Of a stretch of DNA of 64,000 nucleotides, positions 21,076 through 31,183 are shown one piece after another. The translations under genes were made by a program, and so were the position numbers. The number at the start of each line of letters is the position of its first letter. Within the stretch, counting starts at the first letter, position 1. This stretch comes from Polyangiales bacterium. Lineage in GTDB: Bacteria > Myxococcota_A > Polyangia > Polyangiales > Polyangiaceae. The DNA is taken from assembly GCA_038230375.1 (NCBI GenBank), contig JBBRNJ010000021.1, positions 32,001 to 96,000 on the forward strand, written 5' to 3'. The notes below the pieces were generated by a model. That model was not told the DNA's origin, ran no database searches, and saw only the letters and a list, made by a program, of their open reading frames with translations.

Positions 21076-22362
21076 ATGTCGATTGTAAGCACGATGTACA
21101 CGGGTGTTTCGGGACTCACGGCGGAGGGCGATGCCCTTGGGGTGGTCGGCGACAACATCGCAAACTCGAACACGGTGGGCTTCAAGTCGCAGCGGGCGGT
21201 CTTCGAGGACATGCTCGGGCGCTCGGTGTCCGCGACCGGCGCGGGCGCAGGCGTTCGCATGAGCAGCGTGCAGCAGCTCTTCACGGAGGGGGCGCTCACC
21301 AGCACGGGCATCTCCACGGATCTCTCGATCGGCGGGGACGGCTTCTTCGTTGTCTCGGGCGCGGTGAACGGCGTGCAGGGCAGCTTCTACTCGCGCGCGG
21401 GCCAGTTCAACGTGGACGCGAAGGGTGCCCTGGTGAACGCGCAGGGCCTCGCGGTGCAGGGCTACGGCGTGAACAAGGACGGCACGTTCTCACCCGCTGT
21501 CACCGGCATCAACGTTCCGGTATCGGCGCTTGCGCCGCAGGCCACCACCAAGATGAGCATGGTCGCGAACCTAGATTCGAGCGCGACGCCCCCGAACCCG
21601 CCGTTCGACGTGACGAAGGCGGCGGCCACGTCGAACTTCTCCACCGCGATGTCGGTCACCGACTCTCTCGGCAAGAGCCACAATCTCAACGTCTACTTCG
21701 AGAACACCGGCGCGGGGCAGTGGAACTACCACGTGGTCTCGGACGGTGGAGACCTTGCGGGCGGCACCGCGGGCGTGCCGCAGGAGATCGGCGGCGGCAA
21801 CTTCCAGTTCGGCTCCGACGGCACGCTCACCAGCAACACCGTGGGCACGCCGATCGCCGCGAACTTCGTGAACGCGACGGCCGGCCAGGCGATCGCGCTG
21901 AATTTCGGCTCCACCACCGCGGGCGGCGGCAGTGGGACCGACGGCATGACGCAGTTCGCAGCTCCGTCCAGCGTGTCGAGCCAGGGCGCGGACGGTTACT
22001 CTTCTGGCGACCTCACGGGCGTCTCGATCGACGGCAACGGCGTGGTGACGGGCAACTACTCGAACGGGCAGAAGCTGGGGATCGCGAAGCTCGCCGTCGC
22101 CAAGTTCAACTCGAACGAGGGCCTCGCGCGCGCCGGTGAAAACCTCTGGTCCGCTAGCGTCGGTAGCGGCGCGGCCGCGCTCGGCTCGGCGGGCGTTGGC
22201 GGTCGCGGCTCCACGACTGCGGGAACGCTCGAGGGCTCGAACGTCGACATCGCATCGCAGATGGTGGAGCTCATCTCGCACCAGCGCGCGTTCCAGGCGA
22301 ACTCGAAGACCATCACGACGGCCGACGAGATGATGCAGGACCTCGTCAACCTGAAGCACTGA
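21076..22362 (+). CDS. flgE: Flagellar hook protein
   Basis: GDNIANSNTVGFK, YSRAGQF, LEGSNVDI...QRAFQANSK. Confidence 0.97.
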   Translation: MSIVSTMYTGVSGLTAEGDALGVVGDNIANSNTVGFKSQRAVFEDMLGRSVSATGAGAGVRMSSVQQLFTEGALTSTGISTDLSIGGDGFFVVSGAVNGVQGSFYSRAGQFNVDAKGALVNAQGLAVQGYGVNKDGTFSPAVTGINVPVSALAPQATTKMSMVANLDSSATPPNPPFDVTKAAATSNFSTAMSVTDSLGKSHNLNVYFENTGAGQWNYHVVSDGGDLAGGTAGVPQEIGGGNFQFGSDGTLTSNTVGTPIAANFVNATAGQAIALNFGSTTAGGGSGTDGMTQFAAPSSVSSQGADGYSSGDLTGVSIDGNGVVTGNYSNGQKLGIAKLAVAKFNSNEGLARAGENLWSASVGSGAAALGSAGVGGRGSTTAGTLEGSNVDIASQMVELISHQRAFQANSKTITTADEMMQDLVNLKH

Positions 22363-22387
22363 TCCCGACCTCCACTGAAGGGCCACC

Positions 22388-22897
22388 ATGAGCGACGCCA
22401 AGGAAGAGAAGAAGGACGAGAAGGCCGCGAAGAAGGGCGGCGGCAAGCTCGGCATGATCGTCGTTGCCGTCTTCGTCTGCCTCTGCTCCACAGCTGGTGC
22501 GGTCTTCGGTCAGGTTGCGCTCGCGCGCATGAAGCCGGAGAAGGAAAAACCCGACGCCGCGTACGAGGAGAAGGAGAAGGAGGAGCCGCTCGGCGCAGAG
22601 ACGCTCGAGCTGCCCTCCATGATCGTGGACATCCGCACGACCACGGGTGAGGTCCACCACCTGAAGGTGGGCGTCGCCATCGAGCTCGCGAAGCCGGTGC
22701 CGGAAGAGGAGCAGAAGAAGCTCATGGCCCGCGCCAAGGACGCCGCGATCTCGTACCTGCGCACGCTCACCTACGATGAAGTGACCAACCAGGAGAAGTT
22801 CGAGGGCATCAAGAAGGAGCTCAACGAGCGCATCTCCAAGGCCATGGGCCACGGGAGAGTGAACCGTGTCCTCTTCACCGACTACGTGGTCCAGTGA
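22388..22897 (+). CDS. fliL: Basal-body-associated protein
   Basis: N-terminal TM; C-term VLFTDYVVQ. Confidence 0.92.
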   Translation: MSDAKEEKKDEKAAKKGGGKLGMIVVAVFVCLCSTAGAVFGQVALARMKPEKEKPDAAYEEKEKEEPLGAETLELPSMIVDIRTTTGEVHHLKVGVAIELAKPVPEEEQKKLMARAKDAAISYLRTLTYDEVTNQEKFEGIKKELNERISKAMGHGRVNRVLFTDYVVQ

Positions 22898-22899
22898 CG

Positions 22900-23739
22900 A
22901 TGGGCGCAGCCGTGGAGAAGGCGGATCTCTGCCGCTCGTTCGAGACCGACAGGGAGATGAAGGTGGTCCTCGAGCGCGCCGCGTCGGCGTTCTCCAGATC
23001 CCTCCGCCGCCTCCTGTCATTCGTGAGCGCGTTCGGTGTGATCATCGGCGACCCGGAGCTTGATGTGTCGATGGCGGTGGACGCGAAGGGCGACACCCCG
23101 ACCGGCGCCATGGACCTGGGCGGAGAGCAGGGCTTCGTGCGAATCGCCTGCGATCCAAGGCTTGTCGACATGTGCCTCGAGGGCGCCCTGGGCGGAAAGC
23201 GGCTCACGCCGCGCGACCGTGTCGCCCTCTCGGTCGCCGAGCGTTCGCTCATGACCAAGGTGCTCGGCGACCTGGCGAACGAGCTGACGGCGACGTTCGG
23301 TGGTGCGCTTGGACGTCCGCTCTCCAGGGAGCTGCCGCGGCCGGACGCGCTCCGCGGTCATCAAAAGTTGTATGTTGCACGCTATCCCGTCGAAGGCGAT
23401 GGCGTGGAGGCCAGCTTCACCATCACCGCGTCGCGCGACGTGCTCCACAAGGAGAACGCAGAGGCGGAGCTCGCGGAGCCCGCGCATCTGAACCCTGCGA
23501 TGGTAGGGCTCGTGCAGGACGTGGAGGTGCCGATCGTGGCCGAGCTGGGCCGCGTGAAGGTCGGCCTCACGGCCCTGCTCTCGTTGCAGGTGGGTGACGT
23601 GCTGCGGCTCACCGCGGCCACGGACGACCCCGTGAGCGTGCGGGTGGCCGGCCAGGAGAAGTTCGGTGCGGTGCCCGTGATCTCACGCGGCCAGGTGTCG
23701 GTAGAGGTCCAGTCACGAAGGTTCGGGAGGCAGAGATGA
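22900..23739 (+). CDS. fliM: Divergent, N-terminally short FliM
   Basis: Between fliL and fliN; LGG...LSVAE middle domain; C-terminal SpoA (AELGRVKV...LQVGDVLRL). Confidence 0.82.
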   Translation: MGAAVEKADLCRSFETDREMKVVLERAASAFSRSLRRLLSFVSAFGVIIGDPELDVSMAVDAKGDTPTGAMDLGGEQGFVRIACDPRLVDMCLEGALGGKRLTPRDRVALSVAERSLMTKVLGDLANELTATFGGALGRPLSRELPRPDALRGHQKLYVARYPVEGDGVEASFTITASRDVLHKENAEAELAEPAHLNPAMVGLVQDVEVPIVAELGRVKVGLTALLSLQVGDVLRLTAATDDPVSVRVAGQEKFGAVPVISRGQVSVEVQSRRFGRQR

Positions 23740-24077
23740 GCGCAGATCTGATCGCTGACGGGCAAGACACCAGTGCGGACTTCGCGACGGAAGAGAAGAA
23801 GCCGCGGGCGTCCGCAGGCGCCGATCTTGGCTTCGTCATGGATGTGCCGATCGAGTTGACGGTGGAAATCGGCCGTAAAACGATGCGCATCGCCGACGTC
23901 TTGACGCTGGGCCCCGGATCGATCCTCGAGCTCGACAAGGCTTCGGGCGAACCGCTCGACATTCTCCTGAACAATCGCTGCGTCGCGCGAGGCGAAGCCG
24001 TGGTCATCGGGGATCGGTACGGAGTTCGCATCACCGAAGTATTCGCGATGGACGAGAAACGAGGAGGACTTCGATGA
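23736..24077 (+). CDS. fliN: Motor switch protein
   Basis: DVPIELTVEIG...GSILEL...ARGEAVV..RYGVRIT. Confidence 0.96.
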   Translation: MSADLIADGQDTSADFATEEKKPRASAGADLGFVMDVPIELTVEIGRKTMRIADVLTLGPGSILELDKASGEPLDILLNNRCVARGEAVVIGDRYGVRITEVFAMDEKRGGLR

Positions 24078-24985
24078 AACGCGCAGTATTGGTCCTGTTG
24101 CTTCTGCTCTGCCCGACGTTGGCGCTTGCCGCCCCCGCCGTGACCGGACCGGCTCCCGCGCCGAACGCGGTGGCCACGCCTGCGTGGATGGCGAAGAACC
24201 ACGATGAACCGCCTGATCCTCCGCCTCCGCCTGCGGCCGCATCGCGACTGCGCGGCGTTCTTGCGGCGTTCATGGTGCTGTCGCTCATCGGCTTTGCCGT
24301 GTGGACGAAGACGAAGAAGAAGAACCTGGCCATCAAGAATCCCACCGCCTACGTCACGGTCTCGGACAGCGTGAAGGTGGGCGAGAAGGCGCACCTTGTC
24401 GTTGCCAGGATCGGAGACCGCACCGTGGTCCTTGGCGTGACGGAGCACGGCGTTCGTCGCCTGATGGACATCGAGGTGCCGAAGTCAGTGGCTCTTGCGG
24501 TGGCGCGCTCGTCGGGTCACATCAAGTCGGCCGCGAAGTTGAAGCCCGCGCCCAGCGCGACCACGAAGGCCTCAGGAACCATGCTGGCGGCAGCGAGCAT
24601 CAAGTCGCGCTTCCAGTCGCTCCTGCAGCGCGCGAAGCACCCCGCCGCGCGTCTCCAGCTTGCAACGAACGACGACGCAGACGACACCGAGAGCTCCTTT
24701 GACGAGGAAGGCACGCACTGGACGGAGAAGCTGGACGACGAGCTCCGTACCGCGCAGAACGAGGCCGCCGAGGCGCAGGACTCCGAGGCGCATCTGCAAG
24801 TCTCCCCGCCTGGAGCAGTGTCGGCCCCGATGCTGCCCGTCGCGAACGACACCTATGACGCCCGCGTACGGATGCGCCTCTCCGGCTCGTCCCCCGTGGA
24901 GCGCGAGTCGCGTCACACGATCGATCCCCTTGGTCTCGAGGAGCAGGTCAGTGGTCTTCTCACCGCCCGTGCGCGGCGGAGCTGA
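24074..24985 (+). CDS. fliO: FliO-family protein with long C-terminal extension
   Basis: Signal peptide, TM, VGEKAHLVVARIGDRTVVLGVT; between fliN and fliP. Confidence 0.8.
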   Translation: MKRAVLVLLLLLCPTLALAAPAVTGPAPAPNAVATPAWMAKNHDEPPDPPPPPAAASRLRGVLAAFMVLSLIGFAVWTKTKKKNLAIKNPTAYVTVSDSVKVGEKAHLVVARIGDRTVVLGVTEHGVRRLMDIEVPKSVALAVARSSGHIKSAAKLKPAPSATTKASGTMLAAASIKSRFQSLLQRAKHPAARLQLATNDDADDTESSFDEEGTHWTEKLDDELRTAQNEAAEAQDSEAHLQVSPPGAVSAPMLPVANDTYDARVRMRLSGSSPVERESRHTIDPLGLEEQVSGLLTARARRS

Positions 24986-24988
24986 GTC

Positions 24989-25660
24989 ATGGACGGCTTC
25001 GACGCAGCCGTGAACATGGCCGGCGGCGGCGGGGGCACGGCGCCTCCGCTCCGCATCCTGTTCGTCCTTGGCATCCTGTCCCTCTTGCCGGCCATCGTGC
25101 TGTCGGCGACGAGCTTCGTTCGCACCGTGGTCGTCTTGTCGTTCGTCCGCCAGGGCATCGGCACGCAGCAGACCCCGCCCACGCAGGTCATCGTCGGGCT
25201 CGCGCTCTTCATGACGGCCTTCACCATGTCGCCCATCGCGCAGGAGATCCAGACAAGCGCCCTTCAGCCGTACCAGCAGGGGCAAGTGACGGACATGCAG
25301 GCGATCAACCTGGCGTCGGAGCCGGTGAAGATGTTCATGCTCCGGCAGACGCGCGAAGCGGACCTCCAGATGTTCTTCGAGGCGTCAAACAAGCCCATTC
25401 CGCAGAAGGCGGAGGACGTGCCGCTCTCCATCGCCGCGCCGGCGTTCATCGTGAGTGAGCTCACCACGGCATTCCAGATGGGCGTGATGATCCTGCTGCC
25501 GTTCCTGGTCATCGACCTGGCGGTGGCCTCCATCCTGATGTCCATGGGCATGGTGTTCGTCTCACCCAACACGATCAGCCTTCCTCTGAAGTTGCTCCTG
25601 TTCGTTCTCGCGGATGGGTGGAACCTGGTTGTTGGCTCACTCATGCGGAGCTTCAGATGA
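24989..25660 (+). CDS. fliP: Export gate protein
   Basis: TSFVR, QQTPPTQV, PAFIVSEL, PFLVIDL, DGWNL. Confidence 0.97.
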   Translation: MDGFDAAVNMAGGGGGTAPPLRILFVLGILSLLPAIVLSATSFVRTVVVLSFVRQGIGTQQTPPTQVIVGLALFMTAFTMSPIAQEIQTSALQPYQQGQVTDMQAINLASEPVKMFMLRQTREADLQMFFEASNKPIPQKAEDVPLSIAAPAFIVSELTTAFQMGVMILLPFLVIDLAVASILMSMGMVFVSPNTISLPLKLLLFVLADGWNLVVGSLMRSFR

Positions 25661-25926
25661 ATAGCGCTGCCGCAGTCGACCTCTTGCGCGCGGCGCTCCT
25701 GGTGACCGCGCACATTGCGGGGCCAGTCGTGCTCGCGACGCTTTGCATCGGTCTGCTCCTGGGCGTGTTCCAGACGGCCACGCAGGTCCAGGAGCAGAGC
25801 ATCACCTTCGTGGGCAAGCTGCTCGCGGTGATCTGCGTGATCGTCGTCCTTGGCCCGGAAGCGCTCCAGGTCACCGTCGAGTACATGCGGTCGCAGTTCA
25901 TGGGCATCGCGGGCGTCATCCGGTGA
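25657..25926 (+). CDS. fliQ: Export gate protein
   Basis: FQTATQVQEQSITFVGKL. Confidence 0.95.
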   Translation: MNSAAAVDLLRAALLVTAHIAGPVVLATLCIGLLLGVFQTATQVQEQSITFVGKLLAVICVIVVLGPEALQVTVEYMRSQFMGIAGVIR

Positions 25927-26681
25927 GCTTCGACCCGTCCGTCGCCGTGCGCTTCGGCCTGGTGCTCGGACGCGTGGCCGGAATGATGGCTGTTGCGCCC
26001 ATCGCATGGGAGGAGTCCCCCGCGAAGGCGCGCGCGGCGCTCGCGATCCTGTGTGCCGTCGTTGTCACCCCGTCGCTCGAGAACACGGAGCTGTCGCTGG
26101 AGTCCGGCATCACCGCGGCGCCGATGGAGATCTTGCTGGGCGTCGCCATGGGCATGGTCCCGCGCATGCTCATGAGCGTGTCTCACATGGTCGGCGATCT
26201 TCTGACGCCGCTCTTCGGTCTGAACGGGCAGCTTCTCTTCGGCGGACGCGCGGAGGCAGAGTCGTCGCTCGGCCGCCTCGTGCGCATGCTCGTGGCGGTG
26301 CTCGCGCTGGGCCTGGGCGTCCACCGCGTGATCCTTGCTTCCACGCTCCACAGCTTCGAGGTGCTTCCGCCTGGCTCTCCCATGAACGTGGGCCTGGCGG
26401 TGGGGCCGCTCGCGGAGGTCGCGCGGTCGGTGCTGGTGCTCGGCGTCCGCATGTCCATGCCCATCATCGCGGTCCACCTGGCCCTGCAGACCGCGCTCGC
26501 GTTCGTCTCGCGCGCGGCGCCCTCCATGCAGGTGTTCAGCGTGGGCTTTGCATTCCAGCTGGTCATGGGCTTCCTGACGCTGCTCGTCCTCCTCCCGGAC
26601 GAGGCCATCGAGATCACCCGCACGCTCTCCGACACGGGCCCCGCGATCGAGCACGTGCTCCTCGCCGTCATGGGGCGGTGA
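25923..26681 (+). CDS. fliR: Export gate protein
   Basis: Multi-TM; SRAAPSMQVFSVGF; GTG start overlaps fliQ stop. Confidence 0.93.
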   Translation: MSFDPSVAVRFGLVLGRVAGMMAVAPIAWEESPAKARAALAILCAVVVTPSLENTELSLESGITAAPMEILLGVAMGMVPRMLMSVSHMVGDLLTPLFGLNGQLLFGGRAEAESSLGRLVRMLVAVLALGLGVHRVILASTLHSFEVLPPGSPMNVGLAVGPLAEVARSVLVLGVRMSMPIIAVHLALQTALAFVSRAAPSMQVFSVGFAFQLVMGFLTLLVLLPDEAIEITRTLSDTGPAIEHVLLAVMGR

Positions 26682-26688
26682 GCTCGCG

Positions 26689-27771
26689 ATGAGCGATCTT
26701 GGGGACAAGACAGAGGCAGCCACGCCAGAACGCCGGCGCAAGGCGCGCGAAGAGGGTCAGTTTGCGCGCTCGCGCGACGCCACGCAGGTCGCCGCCGGCA
26801 GCGCCGTGCTCTTCCTCATCTTCAGCGCGTTTCCAAGTGTGTTCGGGCAACTGAAGTCGTTCTGCGCGTCCTGCTTCTCCCTCAGGGACGACATGACCGC
26901 GGTCTCGCACCAGGCGCTGCTGTCGATCGTGTTGCTCGCCGTCGCACCAGCTGCGCTCGCGGCGGCCGCAGCCATCGCGGTGGGCTTTGCGCAAGCGGGG
27001 GCGCGACCGAACATCGATCTCATCATGCCGAAGATGTCGCGCCTGTCGCCGTGGGCGCACCTTGCGCGCCTGGTGTCGCTGAAGGCGGCTGTGGTGGACA
27101 CGTCGCTCACACTCGCGCGCGTCGCCATCGTGGGAACCGTCACCTATTTGACGATCAAGGAGTCAATGCCGACCCTCGTGCTCCTGGTGCACACGCACCA
27201 CGCGGTGGCCGCGGGGACGGCGATCGCGGTCGTGGCCGTGGTGGCGAAGAAATCCGCCATCGTCCTCTTCCTGCTCTCCATCGCGGACTACGCCAAGTCG
27301 CGGTGGGAGCTCGAGAAGAACCTCCGCATGTCGAAGCAAGAGGTGAAGGACGAGCACAAGCGAAACGAGGGCGACGGACGACTGAAGCACCGCATGATCG
27401 CGCGCGGCCGCGAGCGGATAAAGAAGGCCATTCGTACGCAGGTGAAGACCGCAGACGTCATCATCACGAACCCGACGCACGTCTCGGTCGCGCTGCGCTA
27501 CCGCTCCGGCGAGGGCGCCCCGATCGTGGTCGCGAAGGGCTATGACGAGGTCGCGCTGTTCATCCGGAAGTGTGCGCGAGAGGCGAGCGTGCCCATCGTG
27601 GAGGCCCCGCCGCTCGCGCGTTCGCTCGCGAGGCGTGTGAAGGTGGGCCGCTTCGTTCCGCGCGAATTCTGGAGCCCCGTGGCAGAGGTCCTGGCGTTCG
27701 TCTACCGCATCCGCAAGGGCGTGGCCGCCCAGCCGACACCGGCACGTAGTTCGCATCCACCTGTGACGTGA
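26689..27771 (+). CDS. flhB: Export specificity switch
   Basis: DKTEAATPERRRKAREEG; NPTH autocleavage motif. Confidence 0.96.
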   Translation: MSDLGDKTEAATPERRRKAREEGQFARSRDATQVAAGSAVLFLIFSAFPSVFGQLKSFCASCFSLRDDMTAVSHQALLSIVLLAVAPAALAAAAAIAVGFAQAGARPNIDLIMPKMSRLSPWAHLARLVSLKAAVVDTSLTLARVAIVGTVTYLTIKESMPTLVLLVHTHHAVAAGTAIAVVAVVAKKSAIVLFLLSIADYAKSRWELEKNLRMSKQEVKDEHKRNEGDGRLKHRMIARGRERIKKAIRTQVKTADVIITNPTHVSVALRYRSGEGAPIVVAKGYDEVALFIRKCAREASVPIVEAPPLARSLARRVKVGRFVPREFWSPVAEVLAFVYRIRKGVAAQPTPARSSHPPVT

Positions 27772-29831
27772 GTCGCAAGAATTCGCCGACGGGCCCGGGC
27801 ACCTACGCTGTCCCCTTTGGTCTCGTCAGCGTCGTGCTCATGATGGTGGTGCCGGTGCCGCCGTGGCTCCTGGACGGCCTGCTGGCATTCAGCCTGGCGA
27901 TTGCGGTCGGTGTGTTCCTGATCGCGCTCTTCATCGAGCAGCCGCTCGACTACAGCGTGTTCCCCGCGATCGTCCTGGTCGCCACCCTGCTCCGCCTTTC
28001 GCTCAACGTGGCCAGCACGCGGCTCATCCTGCTGCATGGCGCGGAAGGGCAGCGCGGCGCTGGTCGCGTCATCGAGACGTTCGGCAAGTTCGTGGTTGGC
28101 GGAGACGTCATCGTTGGTCTTGTCGTCTTCTTGATCCTGGTCATCATCAACTTCGTCGTCATCACGAAGGGCGCGGGGCGCGTGGCCGAGGTCGCTGCGC
28201 GCTTCACGTTGGACGCGATGCCCGGCAAGCAGATGGCGATCGACGCCGATCTCAACGGCGGCCTCATCACGCCGGATATCGCGCGCGACCGTCGCCGCAC
28301 GGTGGAGCGCGAGGCCGACTTCTTCGGCGCGATGGACGGCGCCAGCAAGTTCGTGCACGGAGACGCCGTTGCCGGCCTGATCATCACGGCCATCAACCTG
28401 GTCGGCGGCCTGGTCCGCGGGCTCATGTCCGGCATGGACGTGAGCCAGGCCATGGAGACCTTCTCCATCCTGTCCGTTGGCGACGCGCTCGTCGCGCAGA
28501 TCCCGTCGCTCCTGATCTCGACCGCGTCCGGCATCGTCGTCACACGCGGCGCCACGGGTGAGGAGCTCGGCTCCGCGCTGCGCACGCAGATCTTCTCCAG
28601 CAAGCGCGCGATCTTCATGACGGGCGGTGTGCTCGGCGCGATGGCGTTGATCCCGGGAATGCCCGCGTTCCCGTTCCTCCTGATCGGCGGAAGCCTGTTC
28701 GCGTTCGCGTGGAACCGTCCGAACGACGGCGAAGAGACGCCCGTGCCTGGTCAGAAGACCGAAGGCGGGGATGCCGGCGCCGAGAAGCGCGAGGACATCG
28801 AGGCGACGCTGGGCCTGGACGCGCTGTCGCTCGAGCTCGGCTACGAGCTCATCCCCGCGGTGGAGGCGGGCATGGGCGGCACGTTGCTCGAGCGCATCGC
28901 GGGCCTCAGGCGTCAGTTCGCCGTCGACATGGGCGTCATTGTTCCCCCCGTTCGCATCCGCGACAACCTGGCGCTGCTGCCCAGCGAGTACCGCATCTCC
29001 ATCCTGGGCACGGAGGTCGCGCGCGGTGATCTGCGTCAGGGCCGCCTCATCGCGATGGGCGAGCCGCAGGGCGACGTGGAGGTCCCCGGCGACGCAACGA
29101 AGGACCCCGTCTTCGGCGAAATCGCCCGCTGGATCGCGCCCAAGGACAAGGATCTCGCGGAGGCGTTCGGTTGCACCGTTGTCGATCACGCGACGGTCCT
29201 GGCCACGCACATCTCGGAGATCGTTCGTCGCAACGGCTCGGAGCTCCTGGGTCGCGCGGAGCTCGCGCACCTGTTCGAGGTCTTCTCCAAGGACAACCCG
29301 AAGCTCGTCGACGACCTGGTCCCGTCCTTGCTGACACTCTCCGATGTGCAGAAGGTCCTCCGCAACTTGCTCCGTGAAGGCGTGTCGATCCGGAACCTCC
29401 GGACGATCCTGGAAGGCCTCACCGACACGGCGCCACAGACCAAGGACACCGAGCAGCTCACCGAGATCGTCCGTCAGCGGCTTGCGCGTCAGATCACCTC
29501 GCAGCACAAGGGCGCGAACGGCGAGCTGCCTGCCATCGTGCTGGACGCGCCGGTCGAGGACATGTTCCGGCGTTCGCTGCGCGAGCTCACCCAGGGCGGC
29601 GCGGGTGGTCTGGATCCGGCGGAGCTCCGTCGCGTGTCCAACTCGCTCGAGGAGGCGCTCGCGCGTCTCTCGAAGCGCGGCCAGCGTGCGCCCATCGTGA
29701 CGGGCCCCGACCTGCGCCGCTACGTGCGCGCGTTCGTGGAGCGCCGGAACGCGACGTGCGCGGTCATCTCTTACCGAGAGGTCGATCCGCTGACCCGCAT
29801 CGTGCCCACCGAGACCATCCGAGCCAGCTGA
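27768..29831 (+). CDS. flhA: Export gate platform
   Basis: RVAEVAARFTLDAMPGKQMAIDADL; GAMDGASKFV. Confidence 0.97.
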   Translation: MSRKNSPTGPGTYAVPFGLVSVVLMMVVPVPPWLLDGLLAFSLAIAVGVFLIALFIEQPLDYSVFPAIVLVATLLRLSLNVASTRLILLHGAEGQRGAGRVIETFGKFVVGGDVIVGLVVFLILVIINFVVITKGAGRVAEVAARFTLDAMPGKQMAIDADLNGGLITPDIARDRRRTVEREADFFGAMDGASKFVHGDAVAGLIITAINLVGGLVRGLMSGMDVSQAMETFSILSVGDALVAQIPSLLISTASGIVVTRGATGEELGSALRTQIFSSKRAIFMTGGVLGAMALIPGMPAFPFLLIGGSLFAFAWNRPNDGEETPVPGQKTEGGDAGAEKREDIEATLGLDALSLELGYELIPAVEAGMGGTLLERIAGLRRQFAVDMGVIVPPVRIRDNLALLPSEYRISILGTEVARGDLRQGRLIAMGEPQGDVEVPGDATKDPVFGEIARWIAPKDKDLAEAFGCTVVDHATVLATHISEIVRRNGSELLGRAELAHLFEVFSKDNPKLVDDLVPSLLTLSDVQKVLRNLLREGVSIRNLRTILEGLTDTAPQTKDTEQLTEIVRQRLARQITSQHKGANGELPAIVLDAPVEDMFRRSLRELTQGGAGGLDPAELRRVSNSLEEALARLSKRGQRAPIVTGPDLRRYVRAFVERRNATCAVISYREVDPLTRIVPTETIRAS

Positions 29832-29842
29832 GGAGATAGTCG

Positions 29843-31183
29843 ATGCACTACGAGACATTCAGAGGCCGTGATGTGAAGGAAGCGCTGTCCCTGGTGCGCG
29901 CCGCATTCGGTACAGATGCGATCATCAGCTCGACGCGGGTCGTGACGAACGGACGTGATGGTGGGCTCGAGCAGTCGTTCGTGGAGGTGAAGGCCGCTCC
30001 GTCCGATGCACCGCCGCAGCTGCGCGGCGCCGAGTCCCAGCGTGCATTCCCGTTCGCGCGTCGCGAGGCGGAGCGTGCGAAGGCAGCGGCCGCAGCAGCG
30101 GCATCCGCGGCCGCGTCGCGTCCCAGCGGGAGCTCACAGGTCGCGCGTCCGAGCGTTCCTTCGCCGATCGCGGTGCTCCTCCAGAAGTCCGGGTCCGTGC
30201 CGCCGCCGCGCATCGACATCCGCGGCGCGGAGCCCGACATCGCGGCCGAGATCGCGCGCGCGGAGATCTTGCGCGCAGACAAGGCTCGTGCGGAGAGCGC
30301 GCGTGCGCAGACGGCGCGTGCGGATGCGGCGCGTGCGGACGCGATGGAGTCCGAGGTGCGCGCGCTCCGTCAGCTGGTGGAGCAGATGGTCGGCCAGCGG
30401 GCGCCGAAGGAGCGCATCCTCAGCGAGCTCTCGGACGTGGGCATCGAAGGCAAGCTCGCGGGCGAGCTGTCGACCGGCGTCGCGAAGGCAATGAAGGACT
30501 CCTCGGTGTCCATCGAAGAGCTCCTTCGTACGCGGTTGGAGAAACGTGTAGGTTGCACGGAGATCACGTTCCGGGAGGGTCAGAAGCGGCTCATCGCGTG
30601 CGTGGGTCCCACCGGCGTGGGCAAGACGACGACGCTCGCGAAGCTGGCAGCACACTCGGCGCTCGAGAAGGGGCTGCCAACGGCCATCATCACGCTGGAT
30701 ACGTTTCGCGTTGGTGCGATTGAGCAGATGAAGCGCTTCGCTTCGCTCATCGATGTGCCGTTCTTCGTTGCACACGATGAAGCGAGCCTGCTCAACGCAC
30801 TCCGCTCCTGCCCGGACATCGTCCTGGTCGACACGCCGAGCCGCGGCCCGAAGGACGAGGCAGCCATGAGTCGCCTCTGCCTGTGCCTGGACTCCGTCGC
30901 GGGCGACTACGAACGCGACGTGCTGCTCGCGATCCCCGCGCACATGCGCGCGTCGGACACGCAGGACCTGGTGCGTTCGTACGGTCGCGTGAGCCCCACC
31001 GCGTGCGTGCTCACGAAGCTGGATGAGACGCGTCGCCCTGGCGGTGCGGTCTCGGGCGCCATCGCCGCGCACCTCGACATCGCGTTTCTCTCGAACGGTC
31101 CGAAGGTCCCCGAGGACCTCCTCAGAGCAACACCCAACGACGTCGCACTTGCCGTGCTGCCGAAGATCGAGCCCCACCGATGA
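29843..31183 (+). CDS. flhF: SRP-family GTPase FlhF
   Basis: GPTGVGKTTTLAKLAA, DTFRVGA, TKLDE, GPKVPEDL. Confidence 0.95.
   Translation: MHYETFRGRDVKEALSLVRAAFGTDAIISSTRVVTNGRDGGLEQSFVEVKAAPSDAPPQLRGAESQRAFPFARREAERAKAAAAAAASAAASRPSGSSQVARPSVPSPIAVLLQKSGSVPPPRIDIRGAEPDIAAEIARAEILRADKARAESARAQTARADAARADAMESEVRALRQLVEQMVGQRAPKERILSELSDVGIEGKLAGELSTGVAKAMKDSSVSIEELLRTRLEKRVGCTEITFREGQKRLIACVGPTGVGKTTTLAKLAAHSALEKGLPTAIITLDTFRVGAIEQMKRFASLIDVPFFVAHDEASLLNALRSCPDIVLVDTPSRGPKDEAAMSRLCLCLDSVAGDYERDVLLAIPAHMRASDTQDLVRSYGRVSPTACVLTKLDETRRPGGAVSGAIAAHLDIAFLSNGPKVPEDLLRATPNDVALAVLPKIEPHR

Noticed and set aside
22376..22390. TGAAGGGCCACCATG identical before fliG and fliL (Kozak-like)
   Set aside because: Explained as a shared AAGGG ribosome-binding context; no sigma54 motif before fliL; Kozak resemblance is coincidental.
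15085..29831. Non-flagellar injectisome T3SS
   Set aside because: Rod, hook, L/P rings, MotAB and FliA/FlgM are present and no secretin is seen, so it is flagellar.
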